From: Chrysomallon squamiferum
Taxonomy: Eukaryota > Animalia > Mollusca
Length of the DNA: 64,000 nucleotides
Assembly: GCA_012295275.1 (NCBI GenBank)
Contig: CM022679.1
Coordinates: forward strand, 7,998,001 to 8,062,000
Direction: 5' to 3'
In this document: one piece after another, positions 53,552 through 64,000 of the stretch
Numbering within the stretch: the stretch's first letter is position 1
How the letters are laid out: each line of letters begins with the position of its first letter
Notes under the pieces: generated by a model
What the model was told of the DNA's origin: nothing
The model's database searches: none
What the model saw: only the letters and a program-made list of their open reading frames with translations
Made by a program: the position numbers and the translations under genes

Positions 53552-56261
53552 GGAAAGAAAAAAAAAGATTGGAAAACTTGTAAACAGAATGTTTATGATG
53601 GTGTGTTTTAAAAATAATTTCCTATTGTCTGTATTAAATTAAAGTTATAATGAGCATAAATGTAATTAATAATAATAAAATTAAGTGTTTATGTGTGCAT
53701 GTGTGAGTGTGTGAATGTGTGTGTTTAGTAACAAAGTAGAAGATTTTTGTATGAAAATCTTTTTAGCAAGTCTGCTGATACATAATGTTAATACATTGTA
53801 AGATAAAATGTAAATTAAAGTGTCTAACATTTGAATATAAAATTTTAAGCTCAGATAATTAAGAAAATAGGTTTTTATTTCTCAGTTCTTTATCCTCCCT
53901 CCCTCAGACAAGAAACAGCCACTGTTAAAAGTGACTGTTATTGTTGGGAATGAGTCTCAGGTTTTAGGTAAGTGTTTAAATTAATTTAGTGTCATCTTCA
54001 GAGCAGAAACATCACCACGATGTAAGGTTACAGTGATAAGACATGCAGCTTCCAAACAGCCATGCTTGATACTTGCACCATTTCCTGTGAGTTGTTGGCC
54101 TTTCGGAAGTCTTCTGTCACAGAGGAAGAAAGATGCTTCCTTTCTGCATAAACCTTGCTGCTGCTGGTTACTGGTCATTTGCAGGTCATTTCCTGAACTT
54201 AAATTCTTAATCTGCAGCATCTGCATGCTATATAAACAAAACTACAACAACAGTAATAATTATCGTAATAACAGTAATTTAGCTACACGCACAACTTCTT
54301 AAATGAAATCTAGGCCTACAGTAACAATTAACAGTCAATAAAGAACATTTCAGAATGGCCATCTTAATAAAGCAGATTTATTTAACTAAACTTGACATGA
54401 ATTAGCATTGACAGCTTTTTATAAATTTGCAAATACTCCAGTCCATTTCAAACTTTGTTGAAATAACCAGCTCAAAGCCACATTTTTTTATAGTCCAATT
54501 TCATCATTTTAATTTTTTTTTTTTTTTTTTTTTTTTTTCACCTTAAGTTTTGTGTCACATTAGTTGCTATATGATTTTATCATATTTAAATGTTGATAGA
54601 GAAAATAAGCAATCAAATCACTTGACATTTTAAGATTCTCTGATAGGATAAATTGAAAGCTGTGAAGTAAAATGCCTGAAGTTGTCATATAATATTGCAG
54701 ATGTCAGGATTTGCTTTGTAGATTATAAAAATGACTTTTCTTCATTCATTTTGCTACACATTAAACAGTTATGATGCACAATATAAAAAAAAAAAAAAAA
54801 AAAATGAATATTTAATGACACCTTATATTAAATATCATTTATACTTTTCATAGATCTTAATGATATGTATGAGAAATGTACTCCACTGATATTAGATCAC
54901 TGTTTAGATTGTTATCCCCAAGACAGTTTAAATAAACCTTTAATAAGAATTTTTATACATTTTTTAATAAATGAATTGATGGGAACTATCTTGAATTAAA
55001 AAGATACAATCATTCAACCTTAAGGACAGTTTTACAAAAGTTTGTGTAACTATCTTTCATATAAGATGTATGATTGTGACATGTGCCACGACAAGTTTTG
55101 CAGGCAAATAATTGATAGTTCATGAACCGAGAGCTAATGCTGATATAATATGTTGCATTACAACATAACACAGTATGTAACTAAATGTTATACTAGTGTC
55201 AATAATTTTATTAGTGAATAATCAATAAGAGATTTTTCACTTTTTTTTTTTTCATTGACTCATCTTTTGGCTTGATTTTACTCTGTATGGGAAAATAATT
55301 TGATCCTAACAAACCAGAAGAATGTCAATAGTACAGTATTTATTAATTTGTTTGTTTGTTTGTTTTTAATAAAATTTATTTATTTATTTATTCATTCATT
55401 CATTCATTCATTTAATTACTGATTGCTTTTATTTATTGATTTTACTATTTTTTAAATTTATTTTTAAAAAATGTTATTTATTTTATTTCATTTTATGTAT
55501 TTATTTTATTATTATGTTTTTTATTATTATTATTATTTTTATTTTTTTAAGCTTAAACTGCAGTGTTAATTAACATCACTAAAGAAGACAATCTGAAATT
55601 TAAAACTTTTTTTGTTGACAGATTACTATTTTTCTTTCATGCTGAAATAATTCAGCTTCCTCAATCTTTTTTTCTTTTTTAATAATAATAATAATAATAA
55701 TAACAACAACAACAACAATGATATAAAAATAGATTAAATCATTATGCTGAAGTGGTAGGGGAATTTTTTTTTTTATTTCCATTACATTTTACCAAATAGT
55801 TCTTCAAATGAAATACTTCAAAACATGACCAGGAAGTACATGCATATTTATGTTTCAGAGCAGGAATCATTCATTATATAGTTACAAGGGCTTTTTATAA
55901 TGCCTTTTTTGAAAAAAAAAAAAAAAAATTTAAAAATTAAAAAAAAAAAAAAAGTACAAAAGCCTCTTACATTATTGCTAGCCATTTTGTTTCTCAGCTC
56001 TGTGTTATTCATTCACTTTCATTGCTTTGTGTGTGTGCACACAAAGAACCAGTTTTACAGGGAAGTCAGAATTCACTACACGTCCCACACCTGACTTATT
56101 TTCCAGTCTTTATTGTGTTAATCTCAGTGTTCTTTGTATGATCACTGATGTGTGTGTGTACAAAGCAGTGAATTTGTTCCCTTCCTTTCTTCACCTTTTT
56201 GTTACTGTTATTATTATTATTATTGTTATTGGTATGGTTATTTTTGTTATCATTTTTATTA

Positions 56262-56309
<48 letters not shown>

Positions 56310-56444
56310 TGTTGTTATGGTTATTTTTATTATTATTGTTTAATCACAATCATCATCATCATCATCATCATAATATTATTTTTTATATTATTTTTCATTT
56401 AAAACATTTTTTTCTTTTTCATTTTTCATTTTCTACGACTCTCT

Positions 56445-56482
<38 letters not shown>

Positions 56483-56804
56483 CTTTTTCCTTTCCTTTTC
56501 CTTTTTTTGTCTTTTTTTTTTTTTTTTTTTTTGTTTGTTTGGCAAGCCTATATCAACTGGTTCAGGAACATGCCTCTGGGCCTTTCTTTCGCAGTGTTTA
56601 CAAAATAAAATGATAATGAATGATAATGATTAATAATGATTACTTATAAATGTTTAAATAACAAAATTACCTGTGTGGGCTGAAATGAACGTGGTTTTCC
56701 TGTTTACACTGAGTCAGATATAAGAAAATATAATCGTGACTGTTCATTTATTACTTGCGTCATTATAGTATTGCACTCCATCAAGACAGTCTTCTGATGT
56801 TGCC

Positions 56805-56870
<66 letters not shown>

Positions 56871-57175
56871 ATCTGTGAGTGTTAATGCACACACACACAC
56901 ACACACATATGTATATATATATATACATGTGAAAGGAAAACTGAGTATTATGTTGTTAAAGGTAACAAGGGCTGTATTGATATCAATATCATATTGTACC
57001 AGGATGCTTATGTTTTCAATTGTTGTTGTTTTTTTTTTTGTTTTTTTTTTAGTTCTTTTCTGTTTTTTTATTTTTATTTAATTTTATTTATTTCATTTGA
57101 TTTATTATTATTACTATTATCATTACTATAATAATAATAATAATAGTAGTAGTAGTAGTAGTAGCAGCAGCAGCA

Positions 57176-57209
<34 letters not shown>

Positions 57210-58638
57210 TTGTTGTTGTTGTTGTTTATATTTTCTTAAATGTTCTTTTTCTTTCCTCACCCCTGACATGATTAAAAGTCCAGTGAAACATGCTGAGTGT
57301 TGTGTTTGTTTTGGAGATTGGTAACTTGAATAAAACATGTGTTATGGAGACCACTAGTCAGACAAGATGATATTGATAGAACTGTGATCAAATATTAATG
57401 TTGTAATATAGGGATGAACTCGGAAACAAGATCATCTTTGATTAATCTGTCAGATCAGAATATTCTCTCTCTTGTATCAGTTTGGATTTTGTTTGTGCTG
57501 GTTGGAGTGATTAAGGGAAAATGTTATGATGTATAATTTTGACAAGTATATTACATTTTATCTGGAAAAAAAAAGAAAAAAAAAACCCACCATCCTTGTG
57601 ATGTTTTGTATACAGCATCTGACAGATTAGAATAATGTGATTTATTGCCATGGTAACTGTCATTTTAGGTTTAAAAGAGTTGAAACAGAGAAAATGATTC
57701 TGTTGTCAGACATTAAACATTTCATTTAGTTATGAAAAATATTTCGAAAAAATTTGTTTTTGTTTTAGGTTGGAAATGTATCATTCTGCATTTGATTAGT
57801 TTTGAAAAATGTGTATCAGTTGTGTATCCTAGACAGTTTTCATTATAATTATTTGTTTCTTTGAAAGATTATTTTCACAGATTTTGAACCGTTAAGTTAA
57901 AGTATACAAGAAACTATTTTATGATGGATATTTATAGTGACAGGAACATGTAACCTAGAATTTTTTTGGTTTTAATTTATTTTGATATTTAATGGTAGGC
58001 AAAGATCAAAACAGTCTTGACATAAATTAAGCCTGTAACTGGTTTCTGTGTTGGAGTTCACTAATCACCTCATTAAATCTATGACAAAAAACATTGGACA
58101 GAGCCTAAAACCATACTGCCTCTCATGTTGTTGCATCATTTGCATGTCAGTGCCAGAATAACAGGACTCAAATCTTGCTGTGGTACACTTTAAACATCTG
58201 GTTTGTTCACTCTGTGTGCCAGTCTGGTTTCAAGTTACTGCTTTTCAAGGTTTCTTCATGTAAAACTTTCACTAGTATGTCATTCTTCTTTTTTTCAGCC
58301 AGATGTTTTCACCATTTCTCCACCATATTTCCAAATATCTGTTACAGTAGTTACCTTAATTCTGACAGACTTGATTTCACTACAGCTTTGTACAGAGTCG
58401 TTTTCACTGCCATCAATCTGAACATGCATGATATATATATATATATATATATAGTTTCCTATGTTAATTTTGTTGCAGTTGGTGGTAACATTACCAGCAT
58501 TAATTTGTAAACCTGATATTTACTGATGTTCATTTGGTTCTTCTTTTTTACTAATTGTTGTTTTACTAAAGATAAACTGTTACCAAAATTTGTTTTTCTT
58601 CTTTAATATTTCACCTCTGGCAGGGTCCTGAATATTTT

Positions 58639-58670
<32 letters not shown>

Positions 58671-60477
58671 TGATGATTAACACAATTTCACTAACAGATT
58701 TAGGGATCAATTTAACAAGTTTTGTTTAGATTTCACACACAGATAACTTCATATTTTCCAAAACTGAAATACTTAAGTAAAACGAATCTTTACATAATTT
58801 AACCTTTGATAACATGGGTTGGCAGTAGCGTTGTAATGCTTAGTTGGTATTTGTATTGGCATTAATTTATCTTGTGTTTCTGTATAGTGTATTGTTGTTT
58901 TTTGTGAAAATAAACCTAAATAATCTGACTTCGCTGAAGAGAATCACTGTGGCATGTGGAACCTTTATTTTTATCTGGAGATTGTGACTCCACTTGAAAA
59001 CAGATACGACAGTGTTAGTAGGAATTACTTGACAGGCACGATTTTTAACTTTTGTTTATTTACAGTTGGTAACAGGATCTGTCTGTGTGGATGTTAACAC
59101 AGTGTGGCACAGAGGTAGATAGATTAACTGATCCAGTTGTGATTAAGAACTCCTTAATAGTCATTTATTTATTTATTTATCTGTTACACTTTTGTTATTT
59201 ATTTAGTATATTTTTTTTATTATTTTTTTTATTTATAATTCCTAATTCAGAAATATGACCACATTGTTGAAAATAAAAATTAAACACATTTGAAAGCAAA
59301 AACAAATAAAAATTAAAAAATAAAAACAAATATTTCCACTTTCACATGGAACACTGATTAAAAGTATGTTCTACTAATTCATTTTTTATAAAATATTGAA
59401 GCTAACTGTAGAACTGAAGACATTATATTAAATTCATAATGACCGACACTGCCATGGGATTGGGCTATTAAGACATCATAATGTCTTTTCCAAGGTTAGT
59501 GTAGATCCTGAAAGATTTATAAGTAAACATATTCATTAACTTCACTGCTGGTTAATCTCTCCTTAAAACACACACATTGACCACTCTTGTTAATGTTTTT
59601 CATTATAGATGACCATAATGATTGGAAATACAAGTTTCAAATTTCTTACATTAGATTGTTTTACAAAATATATCAAATGCTAAGTAAAGAGATTTTATAA
59701 GCCTATAAAATACAGACACACATGACATACATAGTGTGCACATGACCATAAATCATAAACACAGACACACACACACACACACAGTACATACTAATTATAC
59801 ACACAACACAACAAACACATGTATAGATCTCTGTATGTGTTATTATATAGAGGATTTTTGCTACAAATTAATGATGCTTTGAGTATCTTAGTAAAGCCAT
59901 TTTAATTAGGGCTGTGGTTGTCACATAAATATTGTTAAAAGTGTTATAGTCTTATCACTACATTCCACTGATGACTTCTCTATCATTTCCATGGTAACTT
60001 GTATGTAAAATCAATGCTGATATTTTATTTCAGGGCATTTACTTTTAATGGAAAACTCAAATATGACTTTATTTTTTTTATTTTTTTCTAAATATTTTTC
60101 TTTAATGTGATTAAAACTCTATTACAATCTTAATTCAAAGATGACTTCCACAAGAGCAGAATTAAAATATGTCTACATTTTTACGATTTCCGTCTTCATT
60201 GTTGAAATTAACAGATTGGAAAATTTTGTCATTAGATGCAGACAACAAAATAATTAAAGTAATTATATTTATGTACATCAACAATAAGATAGTGCAGTTA
60301 TTTCGAACAAAGAAAGGATAAAAGAAACTGCATTTGTTGAGGGGTGATTGAGCCACTTTTGTTTTCTCCTTCAGAAATCTATAATACCCTTGATTATAAT
60401 TTAAAAATAAAAGGGCATACATATTTCAATGTTTTCATGAATATTTACATATATATTCACACAAACATGCAGACAAG

Positions 60478-60515
<38 letters not shown>

Positions 60516-60528
60516 TGCAGACAAGCCT

Positions 60529-60582
<54 letters not shown>

Positions 60583-60866
60583 TAAACACACACACACACC
60601 CACACATTTTTATGATTTCCATTTTCGTTGTTGAACCTAACCGGATGTTTCACCATCTGTGAATGTTTTTGTTTTTTTCACTATGTTTTCTAAATGTTGT
60701 ATTCTTACAGGTGGACATGCCTGTGTTTTTCTACATTGATCCCGAGTTTGCAGAGGATCCCAGGCTAGAAAAAGTTGACACCATCACACTGTCCTACACG
60801 TTTTTTGAAGCTAAAGAAGGCATGCAGCTTCCATTGCCAGGATACCCCATGCAGCAGCCGCAGTAA
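25633..60866 (+). CDS. COX11: Cytochrome c oxidase copper chaperone COX11, mitochondrial; 5 coding exons, 915 nt, 304 aa
   Basis: Exons 25633-26067, 27983-28138, 28524-28649, 29324-29365, 60711-60866, all phase 0 GT-AG. Motifs: TM segment ending SYAGVPLYRIFC, ATGLGG, VRFNADVASSMRWNFKPQQ, VFPGETALAFY, YFNKIQ|CFCFEEQRLNPNEQ|VDMPVFFYIDPEF...TITLSYTFFE. Confidence 0.95.
27983..28138 (+). CDS. COX11: COX11 coding exon 2
   Basis: ATGLGGAATRDEDEVKIASMDPVSDRLISVRFNADVASSMRWNFKPQQTEVK. Confidence 0.95.
28524..28649 (+). CDS. COX11: COX11 coding exon 3
   Basis: VFPGETALAFYTARNPTPNPINGISTYTVVPYEAAPYFNKIQ. Confidence 0.95.
29324..29365 (+). CDS. COX11: COX11 coding exon 4 (42 nt, CFCF copper-binding motif)
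   Basis: ttttacag|CFCFEEQRLNPNEQ|gtagga. Confidence 0.95.
37570..38220. repeat. Degenerate tandem array, about 5 units of 100-150 bp
   Basis: Recurrent taattctcattaaattcac..gcctcttaacta.g.aacaaaa...tgatttaattta blocks. Confidence 0.7.
41434..41702. repeat. Recent tandem duplication, 139-bp period, 2 copies
   Basis: gaaggtaaaatttattttt...aggtggcacatgttatgtttat...aaaaagcataaaa at 41443 and 41582, near-identical. Confidence 0.9.
45250..45430 (+). mobile_element. Degraded LINE (L1/Tx1-like) ORF2 fragment, linker between the endonuclease and RT domains
   Basis: Translation DYYQQLYE...IHNDQRIELVNPDVLKMIKQIKS resembles the YY..LY...LS.EQ...L..P....EV..AIK.LK pattern that precedes the SPGPDG/RT domain. 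The RT domain itself is absent. Confidence 0.4.
48840..49045. mobile_element. Decayed SINE-like repeat copy
   Basis: gggttattctt.ccacttagcaa...cccataaacagga...gtcatggagaactggttggaa...acccatca...agccac, collinear with 23225-23480. Confidence 0.4.
50723..51160. repeat. Tandem duplication, 2 units of about 207-230 bp
   Basis: actgaatgaacttt...ttagtgtttttgaaatttc...ccatatttggtat.agc.ggttttaatgtaagcaaattat...ccaagtattt occurs twice. Confidence 0.85.
51612..51787 (-). other. Candidate antisense exon nested in the COX11 intron (unknown gene or lncRNA)
   Basis: Branch-point GACTAAC about 33 nt upstream of the acceptor ttatttgtcag, a 176-nt exon open in one frame (LQEIRMKKIILPAVVPVSFTTLWHQRQDIYRLVKTYSKHTADHFSVTVYFHRNLFAKT), and donor GTAAGT. 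No homology recognised. Confidence 0.4.
51830..52080. repeat. Degenerate minisatellite of tccatg(t)gctg/tgtg units, about 20-30 bp
   Basis: Repeated TCCATG followed by TG-rich spacers; it produces the spurious Cys/Val ORFs at 51817 and 51881. Confidence 0.7.
57100..57225. repeat. Compound trinucleotide microsatellite (TAT/AAT/AGT/AGC/TGC/TGT)
   Basis: Read directly from the sequence. Confidence 0.9.
60711..60866 (+). CDS. COX11: COX11 last coding exon
   Basis: ttcttacag|VDMPVFFYIDPEFAEDPRLEKVDTITLSYTFFEAKEGMQLPLPGYPMQQPQ*. Confidence 0.95.
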   Translation: MDMPVFFYIDPEFAEDPRLEKVDTITLSYTFFEAKEGMQLPLPGYPMQQPQ

Positions 60867-62110
60867 CAGTAAGCATTTAAACCCATCCTGTGTTTGTTTT
60901 CAGTATTTAAACATTTTTACTCCTTAATATCAGACATTCCCAGATTCCAGTATGTAAATGTTTTTGTTTCTTAAAATCTCACATTCAGACACTCTTTTTT
61001 GTTAAATTTATATGGTAGGTATAACACACACACACACACATGCACACATCAATAAAGACAATAATAGGACTGTCAGTTTACAAAATACAGTTCTTAGATG
61101 CCCTGTTGGTTAATACTTGGTTCATTAATAATAATGCAGAATTTTTTTTATCTTAAATCAAATACTGAATATGAGTTGTGCTTTGTCTATATTTTAGTAT
61201 TTTGAAACAATATGTGTTTCACGTTTTTGATGGGGTTTTTGTGTTTTTTTCCAGTATACTGTGAAACTCATCAGTGAAAATACAAAATGGAAATGAGCAA
61301 AGTTGTCAGTACTAAATATAAAGGACTTGAATGTTGGATTATTTTGTGTTTTCTACTCAGTAATCTTTGATCTTATTATACTAAAAACCATTGCTTATTT
61401 TCTTTATAAAACATTTTCATGACTAAAATGAAAAGAAAATGCAAAATGTTAAAGGTAGTATAGTGTAATATATATATGTATGTACTGCTGTTAGTGTATT
61501 TGAGAAGTACATCGTCTTTGTTTATCCCTGTGTTAATGTCCGGGTTATGGAAAAAACTTAATGAGAACAAACTTTGGAAGTATGTAAATCATAGTTTTTA
61601 AGTGATAAATATATGACTGTGACTTTTTTAAATCATGAAATCAGAAATTGAAACTTTATTTTAATAAATAATATAAGACACTCACATGCTACAACTTTTA
61701 TAGTATTTTAGAGAAATTTTTATTTTGCATAATATAATCACCATATTATAAACCTGTTTTTTTTCTACTGAAGATTTCAAAAGAAAACAAACTTTATTTT
61801 CTTCTTATTGTTAATCTGATGTTAAGAAGCTGAGCTTTTAAATGATAAATCTGTTCAGGTGACAAAACCATTATTTCTGTTCTTCTTCTTCTTATTATAA
61901 TTTTATTTTTTTTAAATATCATTTAGAAATGTATATGTTACATGTCTAGGGTATTTTCTACTCTATGTGTGATTTTAAATTTTATCATGAAATAAATATG
62001 CTACTTGAAAAATAATGCATGTGTTATGTTGTGATTTTATTTAAATTTATTTTAATACAGAAAACTTAATTTTATACTTCACTTTATCAGTCACATTTGT
62101 ACACAGTATA

Positions 62111-62362
62111 CAGTTAAACACACATTATCCAAAGTGTTTTGGAATTCAAAATTTTTCTGACTTTGGAATAAAAGAGATTGTCTAAATTGGGAGTTAAATA
62201 CATATTTCATATACAGTTAATTCAAATAATATGCAAATAATTTTTTTTATAATTTTTGTGCACGAAATAATGTTCGTAAGATCTAAACCACTCAAATCAA
62301 TAAGATATTGCAATTTATTGTTGTGGAGATTTTCCGATTTTGGATAAGGAATGTTTAATCTC
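62111..62362. mobile_element. Non-autonomous Tc1/mariner (pogo/Tigger-type) MITE, about 250 bp
   Basis: TA flanks at 62109-62110 and 62363-62364. Imperfect TIRs: CAGTTAAACACACATTATCCAAA on the left, TTTGGATAAGGAATGTTTAATCTC on the right. Confidence 0.65.
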
Positions 62363-63254
62363 TACTTTGATATTACAATAGACTGTAACTAAACATTTAT
62401 GGTATTATTTATAATAATACTACTTTCTATGTCTGGCTTATCAAAGACAGTCAAATATTCAGGGTATACTTTTACTGTCTGTATGAAATGGAATGTAAGT
62501 TATATTTTGCTGGAAACAGAGCAGCAGTTCATACATATTACAGGATTATTTAGAAATAGTGACCACTTTCTGTCAGTTGATTGTCACTTGTATTACTGTG
62601 TAATAGAAGGTAGAAATAAGGGGGGAAAAAAACCAATAAAATCTGTGAAAATTAATCTGCAAGACAATGATTAACAACATAAATAATTACAAACAATCTG
62701 ACAGTCAGAATTTTTTTTTTTAAATCATGCACTCTTTTTACTCACCCAGTATATTCAACCATCTATTCATAGTATCATTGCAAAAAAACAAAAAACAACA
62801 ACCCAGCTTTGATAATCAATAACAATGAAAATTTAATGTTTCATTGAATCTTTGTGTACTCTTGCTCTTCTGCATATAGTGAATAGAAAACAACTTGTTT
62901 ACATTTTTTGTCACTTGCTAAGCACAGTTGTGATATAAATGGAACGAGCAGGAACACTGTTGTAATTAATAGACTGTAAATGCAGCAACATGCCAGTGTG
63001 TTATTAACCCAGTATTTATCTCCCAGTACAGCTGAAACAAGGAACAAACAATATATTTCATTGCATTTCCCTTATGATCAGCCATTAACTATTGTAGATT
63101 ATATACTTATCATCATGTTTGCAGATATCTGGATGCAACTTGCAGATGTCTGTCAACATAAGATATAAAGAATAAACTAAACAGAGTGTGTGTGTGTGTG
63201 TTTAATTAATGGAACTTTTATTTTTCTTATACTAGATAATGATAATTGTATATG

Positions 63255-63256
<2 letters not shown>

Positions 63257-63310
<54 letters not shown>
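63257..63310. repeat. (GA)n microsatellite, one of many (CA)n, (TA)n, (AAT)n and (CT)n tracts in the window
   Basis: Read directly; others at about 6830, 7545, 10150, 11405, 23900, 33960, 36620, 39140, 46950, 56810 and 60480. Confidence 0.95.
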
Positions 63311-63312
<2 letters not shown>

Positions 63313-63721
63313 AATAAACATGATGGATGAGAAAGGACAACATACACAAAGACACACAATAGCATACACACTCACAAAGATACACATACAAAAACATGCA
63401 CACATAAAACAGTCATGCATTCATACATAAACGAATATTAACTCAAACAGATGCATATATTATATTGCAATGATGAAGATGATGATGATGAAAATTATGA
63501 TTATTATGATTATTATTATTAATATTATTATTATTGCACATTTCAAAGAAATTGGATTATGAACAGAGATCTTGAGATTGGGGGGGGGTGTCTTGTTTAT
63601 CCACATCCCGGGTATAAATCGCGGGGTAGTGGATATTCAGTTTTTTTTTATTCAAGGCTGATATCATTCTCTTTTTGTTGTTAGCCACAACTACGTAAAA
63701 GAAGTCACGTTCACTTTAGCA

Positions 63722-63796
63722 ATGGCGACGCAAAGGAGTTTTGCTCTTTCTGTTGAAAGCTTTACGCTTTCACATCTACTGAAATATCATTCTTTG
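63722..63796 (+). CDS. Possible first coding exon of a downstream gene (unidentified)
   Basis: gcaATGGCG start in a CpG-rich island; 25 codons MATQRSFALSVESFTLSHLLKYHSL, then a GTATAT donor and an abrupt return to AT-rich intron-like sequence. Confidence 0.4.
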
Positions 63797-64000
63797 GTAT
63801 ATGTTTATACATATTTTTCAGATAATTATATTTATGTTTATAATTCTTAAAATATTTAAACTTTCTTGATTTTGACCAAAAAAGGTTAAACGATATTGAA
63901 TTTATGGATGTATTTGTTTTGGTTTTGTTTTTTATTCTGTTTAATATCAAAAGTTTTACTGCTGACAATGTGTTCTAGTTATTTAATTATTATTAAATAA

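Larger units (their letters stand above)
29366..60710 (+). other. COX11: 31,345-bp COX11 intron 4
   Basis: GT at 29366 and AG at 60709-60710 join ...NPNEQ to VDMPVFF..., which are contiguous in COX11 orthologues. Confidence 0.92.

Noticed and set aside
1-64000. tRNA, rRNA, snRNA genes or intact transposase/RT genes
   Set aside because: None were recognisable by eye. A tRNAscan-SE/Rfam/Dfam scan would be needed to exclude small RNAs.

Overview
This is AT-rich, intron-rich eukaryotic (animal) genomic DNA, probably a mollusc or other lophotrochozoan (inferred from sequence style and repeats). It is not prokaryotic, so most of the supplied six-frame ORFs are microsatellite or low-complexity artefacts. 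Three genes can be built by hand from GT-AG splice sites and frame continuity. (1) The 5' end of TBC1D16 lies on the minus strand (coding exons 1754-1972 and <1-54). (2) A complete 16-coding-exon CCDC40 lies on the plus strand (12654-21630, 956 aa), head-to-head with TBC1D16 as in human. (3) A complete COX11 lies on the plus strand (25633-60866, 304 aa). Its 42-nt CFCF copper-site exon is followed by a 31.3-kb last intron, while its other introns are under 2 kb. That giant intron holds enhancer-like motif islands, two RFX X-box-like sites, a well-formed antisense exon (51612-51787), a sense cryptic or poison exon (53908-53967), and local duplications. A possible fourth gene starts at 63722. 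A Tigger/pogo-type MITE (62111-62362), decayed SINE-like copies and a LINE-like fragment are also present. I cannot demonstrate a new biological system from sequence alone. The best leads are the conserved TBC1D16/CCDC40 divergent pair and the contents of the giant COX11 intron.
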